A stretch of DNA of 64,000 bases. It comes from an uncultured delta proteobacterium. GTDB lineage: Bacteria; Myxococcota_A; Polyangia; Polyangiales; Polyangiaceae. Position numbers and translations under genes: made by a program. The notes below the pieces were generated by a model. The model was given only the letters and a program-made list of their open reading frames with translations. It had not been told where the DNA came from and searched no databases. The stretch covers positions 192,001 through 256,000 of the forward strand of contig CAVQUB010000032.1 of NCBI GenBank assembly GCA_963716725.1. The letters are read 5' to 3'. Shown here piece after piece: positions 10,098-20,264 of the stretch (position 1 is its first letter; each line of letters opens with the position of its first letter).

Positions 10098-11437
10098 GAG
10101 TCGTCGTTCTCGGTGCTGGCGAGGTCGGCACGCACGTCGGGCGAGAGCTTTCCCAGGAAGGCAACGACGTCGTCTTGGTCGATCGCCGGGCTGATGCCTT
10201 GAGCCGCGCCGAGGAGTCACTCGACGCGCTGGCTCTGGCCGGAGACGCGACGCATTGGGCCGTGCTCGAGGCCGCGGAGGTTGGTCGCGCTGACTTGGTC
10301 GTGGCAGTCACCGGTTCGGACGAGGTAAACGTGGTCGCCGCCGCGCTCTCCGCGAAGCTGGGAGCACGTCGGACCGTGGCTCGAGTCGATGCTCCGAGCT
10401 TCTACCGCACCGGCGGGGGTGTCGAGCGCGGCGTGCTCGGCATTCACTCGCTCCTGTGTGCATCCCGACTCGTGAGCGAGGAACTCTTGCGTCTGGTCGA
10501 GCAGCTGGACGCGCGCTACGTTGGCAACTTCTGCGGCAACGCCCTGCAAGTGGCGCTGATGCCAGTGCTGGACGGCAGCCAAGCCTTGGGTCGGTCGCCG
10601 CAGGAGCTCAAGCTCCCGAAGGGCGTGACCGTTGCCGGCCTCGTGCGCGACTCTGCGTGGCGGCCGGTAGCCGATCTGAACCGAATCGAGATCGACGACG
10701 CCCTGGTCCTCTCCGGCACTCCGATCTCGGTCGCCTCCGCGGTGCAGTACGTCCGGGCGTCGCGGGAGGGGCAGCGGGCGGTCGTCGTCGGAGGAGGAGA
10801 CGTCGGATATCAGCTGTGCCGGATGCTCAGCAGCGGCGATAGGCGCGTGCAGGTCATCGAACGCGACCGATCGCGGTGCGAAGTGCTCTCGGAGTCCCTG
10901 CGCGGGGTCGATGTCATTCATGGCGACGGCACGAGCATTTCGCGTCTCCGCGATGAGCACGTCGAGAGCGCTGACTACCTCGCAGCGGTCACTCGAGCCG
11001 ACGAAGTCAACCTGATGGTGTCGCTCTTGGCTCACGACATCGGGGTGCCCCGGGCCTTCGCGCTGGTCCACCGCCCAGGCTACGCCGACGTCTATGCCCA
11101 CCTGGGTGTTCGAGGCACCGCCGGTACCCACGACGTGATCGCCAAGATGGTGCGCTGGCTTCGCCCGCAGCGCGGAGCGCTCGCGACCGTTCCATTGCCC
11201 GGGACGGGGCATCACCTCTTCGAGTTTCAAATCAGCGAGAATCTGCCCAAGCCGCTCGCGCTGGAGGAGCTCGGACTTCCGCCCGAGGCCGCCGTCGTCG
11301 GCTTGGCGCGTGACGGCGCGAACGCGGGGCTGGCGAGCGGAAGGGTGCAAGCGCTTGACAACCTCGTCATCGCTGCGCCGGTCACGGCGGCGCGCCAGCT
11401 CGAGAAGCGGATGTCGCGCGTCGGGGGCAAATCGTGA
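10094..11437 (+). CDS. trkA: Trk system K+ uptake regulatory protein TrkA
   Basis: Two RCK_N domains (LGAGEVG; VGGGDVG), GDAT and GDGT, DEVN motifs; 447 aa. Confidence 0.92.
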   Translation: MRVVVLGAGEVGTHVGRELSQEGNDVVLVDRRADALSRAEESLDALALAGDATHWAVLEAAEVGRADLVVAVTGSDEVNVVAAALSAKLGARRTVARVDAPSFYRTGGGVERGVLGIHSLLCASRLVSEELLRLVEQLDARYVGNFCGNALQVALMPVLDGSQALGRSPQELKLPKGVTVAGLVRDSAWRPVADLNRIEIDDALVLSGTPISVASAVQYVRASREGQRAVVVGGGDVGYQLCRMLSSGDRRVQVIERDRSRCEVLSESLRGVDVIHGDGTSISRLRDEHVESADYLAAVTRADEVNLMVSLLAHDIGVPRAFALVHRPGYADVYAHLGVRGTAGTHDVIAKMVRWLRPQRGALATVPLPGTGHHLFEFQISENLPKPLALEELGLPPEAAVVGLARDGANAGLASGRVQALDNLVIAAPVTAARQLEKRMSRVGGKS

Positions 11438-12879
11438 ACAAACGCGTCGTCGCGCTGCTCACATCGAACCTGCTCTTCCTCGTCGCGCTGCCGATGCTGT
11501 TTCCGTTCATCCTGGGCATCGTCGACCGCCAGCCGCGCTCGGCGATCGCATACGGAGTTTCCGCCGTGGTCACTGCGATTGCCGCGGCGGGCCTGCGCTA
11601 CGCGGGGCGAGGCGCTCCCGACGTCTTGCACCGCAAAGATGCCATTGGCGTGGTTGCCCTGACCTGGATCTGCCTGGGCATATTCGGAGCCGTCCCCTTT
11701 CTCGTCGAAGGCTCCATCCGTCATCCTGCGTCGGCGCTGTTCGAAGCCGTCAGCGGGTTCACGACGACCGGCGCGACGGTGGTCAGTGACGTGGACGGGC
11801 TCAGCCGCGCCACGAACCTGTGGCGGTGTCTGATCCATTGGCTGGGGGGCATGGGCATCGTCGTGCTCTTCGTCGCGGTCTTCCCTCAGCTCGGCGTGGG
11901 CGCGAAGCACCTGTTTCGGGCGGAAGTTCCGGGCCCCATCACCGAGGGATTGCGCCCAAAGATCAAGCAGACGGCGCTCGCGCTGTGGTGGATCTATTCG
12001 GCCCTCACCGTGGCCGCGGCGGCCCTCCTCGTCTTCGCGGGCATGCCCGTCTACGATGCCATCTGTCACGCTTTCTCGACCCTGGGCACGGGTGGATTCT
12101 CGACGAAGACCGCGAGCGTGGGCGCGTTCCAGAGCCCCGCGATCGACTGGATCATCACCGCGTTCATGCTGATCGCGGGCTTGAATTTTGGCCTGTTCTA
12201 CTCGGCGCTGAACGGGCAAGTGCGCGGGCTCTTCACCAACTACGAGCTGCGCTTCTATCTGCTGGTCAACGCGCTCGTGATCGGTGTGGTGTTTCTTTGC
12301 ATTCGCGGGCGCCATCCGGACTTGCTGACCGCATTGCGCTTTGCTTCGTTCCAAACCGCAGCGGTCACGACGACGACCGGCTTCATGACGGAGGACTTCG
12401 ACAAATACCCGGATGTCGCCCGCTTTGCGCTGTTCCTCTGCATGTTCATGGGTGGGTGTGCGGGTTCGACCGCCGGAGGCATCAAGGCCTCGCGCGTATA
12501 TGCCCTGCTGAAGCTCGCAACCAAGGAACTGCGTGCCATGGTTCACCCCAACGCCGTCGTCGCGATTCGACTGGGAACGAGCGCGGTGCAAGCCTCGGTG
12601 TTGAACGAGATCGCGGTCTACGTGACGACGTTCTTCCTGATTTTTGGCGCGGCTTCGCTGGTCATGGTCGCCCTCGGGTTGGATCTTCTGAGCGCCATGA
12701 GCGCGGTGGTCGCGTGCCTGTCCAGCGTCGGCCCGGGCCTCGGCTCGGTGGGGCCGAGCATGAACTTCGAGCCGGTCCCTCCCCTCGGCAAGCTGGTCCT
12801 GACGGTCTGCATGATCGCCGGTAGGCTCGAGATATTCGCGCTGCTCGCCATCTTCTCACCTGCGGTGTGGCGGAGATGA
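11434..12879 (+). CDS. trkH: Trk system K+ channel TrkH
   Basis: Selectivity loops FEAVSGFTTTGA, TLGTGGFS, TTTGF, SSVGPG; GGCAGSTAGGIK; GRLE. Confidence 0.95.
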   Translation: MNKRVVALLTSNLLFLVALPMLFPFILGIVDRQPRSAIAYGVSAVVTAIAAAGLRYAGRGAPDVLHRKDAIGVVALTWICLGIFGAVPFLVEGSIRHPASALFEAVSGFTTTGATVVSDVDGLSRATNLWRCLIHWLGGMGIVVLFVAVFPQLGVGAKHLFRAEVPGPITEGLRPKIKQTALALWWIYSALTVAAAALLVFAGMPVYDAICHAFSTLGTGGFSTKTASVGAFQSPAIDWIITAFMLIAGLNFGLFYSALNGQVRGLFTNYELRFYLLVNALVIGVVFLCIRGRHPDLLTALRFASFQTAAVTTTTGFMTEDFDKYPDVARFALFLCMFMGGCAGSTAGGIKASRVYALLKLATKELRAMVHPNAVVAIRLGTSAVQASVLNEIAVYVTTFFLIFGAASLVMVALGLDLLSAMSAVVACLSSVGPGLGSVGPSMNFEPVPPLGKLVLTVCMIAGRLEIFALLAIFSPAVWRR

Positions 12880-15800
12880 GGCGTCTGGTCGTTCTCGTGG
12901 TTCTGCTCGGCGTGATGTTCGGGCTCGATGCTCTGAAGATCGAAGCCGAGGGGCGGAAGCCGCTCACGCTGGCGGCCATCGGATTCGTGCTCTTGGCAGC
13001 TTTCACGGTGGCGGAGTTGGGCTCCAAGCTCACTCTGCCTCGAGTCACGGGCTACATCCTGAGTGGCGTCGTGCTGGGGCCATCGGTGTCGAACATCTTG
13101 TCTCGGGACGTGGTGACCGAGATGCGCATGTTCAACACTCTGGCCCTGGGGCTGATTGCCGTGGGGGCCGGGCTCGAGCTGGACGTCAAACAGATCGCCA
13201 AGATCTGGCGCACCTTGGTCAGCACCATCGCCGTCAAGGTCGTGCTGGTGGCGGGCATGATCGGCGCGACGCTGTTCGGATTTCAAGTGACCTTTGGCAG
13301 CCTCGACCTCGACGGTCGTGCGCAGATCCTCGCGCTCGCGCTGGTCTTCGCCGCGCTCTCCATCGGCACCTCCCCATCCATCGCTCTCGCGGTGATGAAC
13401 GAGACCCGCGCGCGTGGCCGGCTGATGGACCTGGTGCTCGGCGGGGCGGTCCTCAAGGACTTGGTCGTCGTGGTCTGCCTGGCGGTGGCCGTCGCCGTGT
13501 CCCGCTCGCTCCTGGGAACCAGCGGCAGCGAGCAGAGCGTGTTGGTGCTCGTGTCGCAGGAGCTGGGCTTCTCGATCCTGGCGGGCGCCATCCTCGGAGC
13601 GCTCTTGATCGGCTACATCCGCTTCGTCGGCGCCGAGATGCTGCTGTTTGTCGCGGCCATGATCTTGGTCGTGTCCGAGGTGGGCAAGGCTCTGCATTTG
13701 GAGCTGCTGCTCGTGTTCATCACGGCCGGCTTCGTCGTGCGAAACTTCTCGAAGCACGAGCACGACTTGATGGGCCCCGTACAGCTGGTTGCGCTGCCGG
13801 TGTTCGTCGTGTTCTTCACCAACGCCGGGGCAGGCATCGATTTGGGCACGACCTGGCGGGTGCTGCCCTTGGCACTGGCCCTGGTGGCGGTGCGCGCCGT
13901 GGGCTACGCGATTGCCTCGCGGCTCGGTGGGCGACTCGGCGGAGAGAGAGAGTACGTACGGAAGCAGGCTTGGCTGGGCTATCTGCCTCAAGCCGGCGTG
14001 ACCCTCGGCCTGGTCGGCTTGGCCGCGCATCAGCTGCCCGGATTGGCGCCGCACATCACCGCTCTGGGCATGGCGGTGGTCGCTCTGAACCTACTCGTGG
14101 GTCCCGTGACTCTCCGCAAGGCGCTGAAGGGGGCCGGAGAGATCCCACAGGTCAACGATGCGAGCAACGAAGCTCCGGTGGCGCTCCTACCGAGTGAATC
14201 GGAGGTCGAGGCAGCATTTCCTTCCGCGCCACCTCTGCCCGACGCGCGCACGCGTCTGGAAGCGATGTTCGAGCGCCTGCGAGCGCCTCGCCTCGAAGGC
14301 CTGTTGAGCGACCTCTTTGCGCAACTCGACGGCGTCACGCGGGCTTTTGCGGCGGAGCGACTGCTGCCGTGGACGCGCGCCTTCGGCCAGTCCCTCGATC
14401 CCATTAGCGCCGCCCCCAACGCTCGAAGGGTGATCGAGATCGAAAAGTGGGCCGCTCAGCCTCGCACGCTGGACGTGGACGAGCGGGTCGAGGCTTGCCG
14501 AACGCTCTATCGAGGTCTGCGCGAAACGCTCCGTCGATGTCCCGAGGAGGCTAGAGTGCCGCTGGAGGACCACAACCGGAGAGTCCAGGCCGGCGACGGC
14601 TTCACGTTGCGTTGGCGCAAGCGCAGCAGGGGCGTCCTGCGCGCACTCGCGTTCTGGCGTGGAGGCGCCGAGCGGCGGGTTCCGGCGCGCCTGATCCTGC
14701 GACGTGAACTCGAGCCGCGGATGGCGGCGCTTTCGGTCGCTCTCTTGGGCGCCTGGTGCCGAGCTCAGGCCGGCGTGGTCCACGAGCTGCGTACGCTCGC
14801 TTCCCAGGGGACGGACGCATCCGATGCTCGTAGCGCGGCTGAGCGTCGTCTCGCGCTCTTGCTGGAGCGCTTCGAGGTGGACGCGAAGGTGGCGATCCTG
14901 TCGGGGCTCGAGGCAGTGGCCGAGCCGCTCAGTCTCGTGGATGGGCCTGCGATGAGTCGCAAGAAGGTCCGCTACTCCGAGGTGGACCCCCAGGTGCGAG
15001 AGTTGCTGCGCTCCCTGGACACTCGTAGTGAAGCCTGGCGCCACGCGATGGACGCGGATCAGGGCTCGCTGAGGTTGAGCGTCGAGCTGGCCGTGATCGA
15101 AGCCGAGCTCTCGCGTTCGCTGGAAGAGAGCGTGCTCTCGCCGGCTGCCATCGCCTTCGACAACATCGAAGCCGTGGTTGCCGCGGTTCGACACGAACTC
15201 ACCAGCGTTCGCGACTCTCTGCCCGAAGACAGAGCGATCACCGCGGCAGAGCGGGACCCGCTCATCGCTCAGTGCACTCGCGCTTGCGACGACGAGACCG
15301 CCCGGTCCATCGAGCGGGGTGCGGCACGCCTGCGCGCGGCTGCGTCTGCGCACTTGGTCGCAGTGGAGGCTCGTGCGGTCATCGAGGACCTACCAGAATC
15401 GATTCTGCTTGCGCGGTCTGACACGCCAGTTCTGTTTGCGTCCGATCCGACGCTGGTCCGAACGCGGCGGGTGGCGCTGCGCCAGGCCGCAAACGTGCTG
15501 GTGATTGAGCGGCTCTTGCCGGGGATCGACGAGCAGATCCGCGACATGACCGCCACCGTGGCGAAGACTGCGGGGCTGATCCGGGAGTCTGCTGACATCG
15601 CGTCCCACGCGTTGGCGAGCACCGGGGAGGAGACCACGTCCGAGGACCGAGAGGCGGTCCGCGAGTCGTTCGAGCGCGCGCTGTCACGATTGGACGAGCA
15701 TCTGACGGCCTTGGACGCCGGCATCGCGCGGGCGAGTGCCGGCATTCGGCTCGGGGCAGATACGGCGCTCGACGACTTGGCTCGGTTGGCTGACGCAGGT

Positions 15801-17081
15801 GACGTCGTCGCGGCCGAGTCCGGAGGCGTGTTTGCTCGGTTGCTGCGCCGGGGCCGCATCGCGGTCGGCCCGATGTTCGACTCGGTTCGGGAACGGGTGC
15901 GTAGCGCCAACGCCCTCGTGCAGCGCATCGGTGGAAGCCAGATCTCGCAAGACGTCCTGCGGCACGTGGGCGAGTCAGAGGTCGCGGCGGCGGACATCCG
16001 GGAGCATGCCCAACGCTACCGCGCAGCCGAGGCAGCCCCCGCGGACTACCTGCGCCTCTTCAAGATCGAACCCGTGCGCGAGCACCGCCTCTTCACCGCC
16101 AATGAGGACGAGTTGCGGGAGATCATTCAGTGCGAGCGCAGTTGGTTGGCCGGAGCGACGGGCTCGGCGCTCTTGATCGGCGCCCACGGTTCCGGCAGGA
16201 CCAGCATGCTCAACCTCTGCGAGCTGGAGCTGTCGGCGCCGCGCTTGCTGAGGCCCCAACCCATCGAGTGGCGGCGCGAGATCGGCGTAGTCGACGCGGT
16301 GGCGATCGAGCTGGGCGTGCGCCCGCGCAGGCAAGCGGTCGTGCGTGCGCTGCAGGAGGCAAAGACCACCGTCCTCCTCGACGACCTGGAACAGTGGTTT
16401 GCACCTGATGTGCGCGGCCTGCGCGAGCTCGAGAGCTTCTTGGACTTGGTCATCGCGACCAAAGACTCGACCTTCTGGCTGGCCGCTGTCGCGAAAGACG
16501 CGTTGGCGCTCTTGGAGGAGAGCATCAACGTGCGGGAACCCTTTGCCCACCACGTCTCGCTGGAGCCGCTCAGGCCCGAGGCGCTGGCGAAGTCCATCGA
16601 AGGTCGTCACGCGCTCAGCGGTCGCCGGGTGCATTACCCGGCGACGTTTGCGTCGGGCGTATTGAGGCGCCTGCGCCAGACCGATGACCGCCTGCTGTAC
16701 TTCAGCGTCCTCTGCCGGGTGACGGAGGGCAACCTCTCGCGAGCGTTGCCGACCTGGCTCAAGTCCGTGCGAGTGGACGATGACGGTCACGTCACGCCGC
16801 AGATCCACAAGACATTCTCCCTGGGCTTGCCCTACCTGACGCGTTTCCCGGCCACCCTGGTGGGCATTTTAGTGCAGCTCGTTCGATTCGGACCGATGAA
16901 CGAGCAGGAGATCACCAAGACCCTGTGCCTTGGCGTCCCCGAGACGCGGCGACACATGCATTTCTTGGTCGCGGCGGGGCTCGTCGAGCCCATCGCGTCG
17001 AACAAACAGGCCCTGGGCATTCCCGCGGACTTGCGCCCGTTGGTGTTCCAGAGCTTGCGCGCGATGGGGGCCATCCAGTGA
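12876..17081 (+). CDS. Fusion: CPA antiporter domain + long helical region + P-loop ATPase-like domain + C-terminal winged helix
   Basis: N-terminal LPRVTGYILSGVVLGP...GYLPQAGV (CPA); GAHGSGRTS Walker A-like; VLLDDLE Walker B; C-terminal GPMNEQEITKTL...HFLVAAGLVE; ATGA overlap with trkH. Confidence 0.8.
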   Translation: MRRLVVLVVLLGVMFGLDALKIEAEGRKPLTLAAIGFVLLAAFTVAELGSKLTLPRVTGYILSGVVLGPSVSNILSRDVVTEMRMFNTLALGLIAVGAGLELDVKQIAKIWRTLVSTIAVKVVLVAGMIGATLFGFQVTFGSLDLDGRAQILALALVFAALSIGTSPSIALAVMNETRARGRLMDLVLGGAVLKDLVVVVCLAVAVAVSRSLLGTSGSEQSVLVLVSQELGFSILAGAILGALLIGYIRFVGAEMLLFVAAMILVVSEVGKALHLELLLVFITAGFVVRNFSKHEHDLMGPVQLVALPVFVVFFTNAGAGIDLGTTWRVLPLALALVAVRAVGYAIASRLGGRLGGEREYVRKQAWLGYLPQAGVTLGLVGLAAHQLPGLAPHITALGMAVVALNLLVGPVTLRKALKGAGEIPQVNDASNEAPVALLPSESEVEAAFPSAPPLPDARTRLEAMFERLRAPRLEGLLSDLFAQLDGVTRAFAAERLLPWTRAFGQSLDPISAAPNARRVIEIEKWAAQPRTLDVDERVEACRTLYRGLRETLRRCPEEARVPLEDHNRRVQAGDGFTLRWRKRSRGVLRALAFWRGGAERRVPARLILRRELEPRMAALSVALLGAWCRAQAGVVHELRTLASQGTDASDARSAAERRLALLLERFEVDAKVAILSGLEAVAEPLSLVDGPAMSRKKVRYSEVDPQVRELLRSLDTRSEAWRHAMDADQGSLRLSVELAVIEAELSRSLEESVLSPAAIAFDNIEAVVAAVRHELTSVRDSLPEDRAITAAERDPLIAQCTRACDDETARSIERGAARLRAAASAHLVAVEARAVIEDLPESILLARSDTPVLFASDPTLVRTRRVALRQAANVLVIERLLPGIDEQIRDMTATVAKTAGLIRESADIASHALASTGEETTSEDREAVRESFERALSRLDEHLTALDAGIARASAGIRLGADTALDDLARLADAGDVVAAESGGVFARLLRRGRIAVGPMFDSVRERVRSANALVQRIGGSQISQDVLRHVGESEVAAADIREHAQRYRAAEAAPADYLRLFKIEPVREHRLFTANEDELREIIQCERSWLAGATGSALLIGAHGSGRTSMLNLCELELSAPRLLRPQPIEWRREIGVVDAVAIELGVRPRRQAVVRALQEAKTTVLLDDLEQWFAPDVRGLRELESFLDLVIATKDSTFWLAAVAKDALALLEESINVREPFAHHVSLEPLRPEALAKSIEGRHALSGRRVHYPATFASGVLRRLRQTDDRLLYFSVLCRVTEGNLSRALPTWLKSVRVDDDGHVTPQIHKTFSLGLPYLTRFPATLVGILVQLVRFGPMNEQEITKTLCLGVPETRRHMHFLVAAGLVEPIASNKQALGIPADLRPLVFQSLRAMGAIQ

Positions 17082-17992
17082 CTGCCCAGCGCATCCGCTG
17101 GATCTTGGTGCCGGCCTTGGCGGTGGCCTGCAAGCCGAAGAGCGCTCAGCCGAACGCCTCGGGCGCGACCGGCGCGCCGCCCTCCACGCTGGGCGATCGC
17201 CTAGCGGGGGAGGCTGATGGGCTCGGCGCGCTCTTCCACCTCGACGTGATGCTGCAGTTGGCGGTGCTGGTCGTCGCGGCCCTGCTCTTGACCCGCGTCG
17301 CGAGCGCGCTGGTCCGCGTTGCCAGCCGCCTGGGCATCGACTCGCAACGGCGCTTCAATTGGTGGGAGGGTGGGTCCAGGGTCCTGGTCGGCGCACTGGT
17401 TCTGTACCTCGTTGGCAGCGCCGTCGCCAGGGCGGCGCCGCTGCTCTCGGCGTTCGGCGCGCTGGCGCTGGTCGTCGCCGGATCGTGGGTGTTCTCGGCG
17501 CATCTGCAGAATGCCGTCGGCGGCGTCGGACTCTTGCTCAGGCGCAAGCTGCGGACGGGGGATCGCATCCAGGTTGGCGCCCTAGACGGAGTCGTGCGTT
17601 CCGTGGGGCTGACCCAGTTGCAGTTGGTCAAGGCTGACGGCTCCACGGTTCTGGTGCCCAACAGGCTGCTCAACGAAGCCGCGCTGACCGTAGCGCGGGA
17701 GAAGAACAGCGTGCCGGTGAGAGTGCGCTTGCGTTTCGAGAACGAGCTGTCTAGCTCGATGCTGGAGCAAGCGCGGCGCACGGCGCTGCTCTCGCCGTAT
17801 CGTGCGCCGAAGTCATCGGTGGAGGTCAGTCGCGATGCCGCGGACGGGTGTGTTCTGGAGGTGGCGGTGCAGGTTTGGGCCGCTGCTGCTGCCCGTGCGG
17901 CAACGGACCATCTCGAGAGCAGTCTGCGCTTGGCGCTCCCGCAGGAAGCGCGGCCGCCGCCGGCCAAGGACAGCGTCTTGACTGCTGGCTGA
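17078..17992 (+). CDS. MscS-family mechanosensitive ion channel
   Basis: LQNAVGG...LRTGDRIQVGALDGVVRSVGLTQLQL...DGSTVLVPN; GTGA overlap with upstream stop. Confidence 0.88.
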   Translation: MTAQRIRWILVPALAVACKPKSAQPNASGATGAPPSTLGDRLAGEADGLGALFHLDVMLQLAVLVVAALLLTRVASALVRVASRLGIDSQRRFNWWEGGSRVLVGALVLYLVGSAVARAAPLLSAFGALALVVAGSWVFSAHLQNAVGGVGLLLRRKLRTGDRIQVGALDGVVRSVGLTQLQLVKADGSTVLVPNRLLNEAALTVAREKNSVPVRVRLRFENELSSSMLEQARRTALLSPYRAPKSSVEVSRDAADGCVLEVAVQVWAAAAARAATDHLESSLRLALPQEARPPPAKDSVLTAG

Positions 17993-18127
17993 AGCTGACG
18001 CGGTCGCCCACCACACCGACTCGACGCGAGACGGAAATACGTTGCGTCCGCTCCGGTGCCTTCTGCTAGAAGAGCGATACTTCGTGCGGTACGCGCCCGG
18101 CCCAACGGAATGGAAGAGATGAAATAC

Positions 18128-19258
18128 ATGACGAATCGCTCGGTGATCTATGCGAGTGGGCTCATTGCCTTGGCCCTGCTGGCCTGCAAGAAGGAAGAGA
18201 CCGGCGGCGCGAGCGCCTCGGCGAAGCCCGCGGCGAGCGCGGCACCAACGGCCTCCGCGAGCGCAGCGCCGAAGGCTTCGTTCGAGGAACTGGCGGCGAA
18301 GAGCCAGCCCCTCGTCTTGACGCCTGCCGCGCAGAGCGTGGCCGGGAAGAAGGTCGAGGCCGTGCAGTGCAAGCTGCCGGGAGCGGGCCTGCTGGCGCCG
18401 AGTTCTTCCAGTGTCATCCGTGCCATCGAGTCCGTGGGGGACCGGATGTTGATCGCCGATCACGACGGGGTGATTCACGGCTTCAAGGTGTCGACGGCCG
18501 CTGGCTGCGAACTCAGCGTGGATGCGTCGTTCGGCGACGGCGGCAAGATGAAGCTCCCGAACAAGATCGAACACCTCTCCAAGTCGTCGGCAGGCCTGGT
18601 GATGGCGGCGTCGGGCATCTTCGACACCTACGCCATTGTCGACGGCAAGAAGCTCTTCGACTGCAAGGCCACGGGGCACTTCGAGGTCGAGCCCGGGGGC
18701 AAGTGGGGTGTCGCTCCTTGGGTCAACTCGACCGTCGAGATCGCGGATCTCAGCTCGGATTCGTGCCAGCGCAAGGACTGGGTTCTTCAGAACCTCAGCG
18801 ACGATGCCAAGCGAAAGGGGGCGTTCAAGATGGTGAACACCTCCGCTGTCATCGGCGGCAAGATCTTCATCGGCGGCATTCCGGCCGAGAAGGTCGACGG
18901 TCGGGAGGTCCGTATCGTGGCGATCTTCGACAAAGCAGGGAAGGAGCTGGGACGCTTCGGCTCGACCGGCAAGGACTTCGGCGACGACTCGTTCGGCTGG
19001 GTCCACGGCCTGAGCGCCTGTGGCCCGAACGTGTGCGCGATCGACTCGAACTTCCGCCGCCTGAGCGTCTGGAGCCTCGACGGCAAAAAGTTCATTGGGG
19101 CCGTGAGCCTGACCAAGCTGTTCGGCGCTGCCAGCGGCGCGGCCTGGATCAACGACATCTCACAGGCCAAGGACGGTTCCATCTGGCTCTCGCTCGGCCA
19201 GAACCGCGCCGGCGGCGGGGTCGCCGAGGGCGCTGTATTCCGTGTGACCGGGCTCTGA
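18128..19258 (+). CDS. Lipoprotein, probable beta-propeller
   Basis: Lipobox LLAC, Ala/Ser/Pro linker, repeated beta-strand blades. Confidence 0.65.
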   Translation: MTNRSVIYASGLIALALLACKKEETGGASASAKPAASAAPTASASAAPKASFEELAAKSQPLVLTPAAQSVAGKKVEAVQCKLPGAGLLAPSSSSVIRAIESVGDRMLIADHDGVIHGFKVSTAAGCELSVDASFGDGGKMKLPNKIEHLSKSSAGLVMAASGIFDTYAIVDGKKLFDCKATGHFEVEPGGKWGVAPWVNSTVEIADLSSDSCQRKDWVLQNLSDDAKRKGAFKMVNTSAVIGGKIFIGGIPAEKVDGREVRIVAIFDKAGKELGRFGSTGKDFGDDSFGWVHGLSACGPNVCAIDSNFRRLSVWSLDGKKFIGAVSLTKLFGAASGAAWINDISQAKDGSIWLSLGQNRAGGGVAEGAVFRVTGL

Positions 19259-19361
19259 GCCCGGTTCCGCGGGGCTCCCCGCGGGTTCGGCAGTCGCACG
19301 CTTTCGCTGGGCCTCGGGCGCCGCTCGCCGCGGGGCTCGGGGCCGAGTAGTCTCAACGCCA

Positions 19362-19775
19362 ATGAGCAAGGAAGTTCTGGTAGCCGCCGTCAAGGACATC
19401 GTCACCCGCGCGCGCGGCGGCGACGCCGAAGGCTCGTTCGACGGATACAAGGCGCTCTTCGAGCGGCCCGAGTTCATCGACAACCGACCCGAGGATCAGC
19501 GGCAGGCGCTGAAGCTCCTGGTTCTCGCCAAGCACACGGGTCCGAAGAGCGAGAAGTTGATCGAGGCGCACCGTTCCGCCATCGCGCCGTTGACGGAGCT
19601 GGTGTCTAAGTACAACGAGCCCGCGGACTACGAGATGCTCGGTGTCTGTCACGTGCGCATCGGAAACGCGGAGGCGGCAGCGAACATGTTTCGTGAAGGG
19701 CTCACGCTCGAGCGCGCCAAGAACTCCGGCTCCGACCTCTGCGGTCGCCTGATGACGCGCATCTCGGGGTTGTGA
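19362..19775 (+). CDS. Hypothetical helical (TPR-like) protein
   Basis: DYEMLGVCHVRIGNAEAAANMFREGL TPR-like helix pair; typical codon usage. Confidence 0.6.
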   Translation: MSKEVLVAAVKDIVTRARGGDAEGSFDGYKALFERPEFIDNRPEDQRQALKLLVLAKHTGPKSEKLIEAHRSAIAPLTELVSKYNEPADYEMLGVCHVRIGNAEAAANMFREGLTLERAKNSGSDLCGRLMTRISGL

Positions 19776-19814
19776 GCCGAGCGCAGCTCTCGAAGTGGCG
19801 GCACGGGGGGCTCG

Positions 19815-20255
19815 TCACTCGAGCGGGAGTGCTTCGGTGACGTCTTCGAGCGTGGCGTCGCTGTCGGCGTCAACTTCGTAGATGCGGGCCCGACCCTGGG
19901 AAAACACCGGCCGGTAGACCTTGCCGGCCCGAGCCAGAAACGACGCCCCGCTCGGGAAGCCTCCTGGCTGCGACAGATCACGCACGCGCATGGCGTGCCT
20001 GCCGGGCAGCACCTCGACGTGGATCCTGGAGTCCTTGGTTGCGCGCACGCCCACTGATTCGCCGTCGAGGGAGTCGAGGCCAACCGGCTCGCTGCCGTTG
20101 ATCCGAATCACGGCGATGGTCTCCGCCGAGCGGACGGGGCCGTCGTATTGCTGGACGATATAGGTCGGCCCCGCGCAGCCGGCGGCCAAGACCGTGAGCA
20201 GCAGCCCTCCGCCGCGAGAGAGCCGGCTCCGGACGGCGCTCGAGGTTTGCCGCAT
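19815..20255 (-). CDS. Hypothetical lipoprotein
   Basis: Lipobox LAAGC then QQYDGP...VEVLPGRH...AGKVY beta domain; start codon uncertain. Confidence 0.6.
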   Translation of the reverse strand: MRQTSSAVRSRLSRGGGLLLTVLAAGCAGPTYIVQQYDGPVRSAETIAVIRINGSEPVGLDSLDGESVGVRATKDSRIHVEVLPGRHAMRVRDLSQPGGFPSGASFLARAGKVYRPVFSQGRARIYEVDADSDATLEDVTEALPLE

Positions 20256-20264
20256 TGGACGACC

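Noticed and set aside
19250..19290. GC hairpin ccgcgggg-ct-ccccgcgg after the lipoprotein gene
   Set aside because: No U-tract, and such stems arise easily in high-GC DNA; not called as a terminator.
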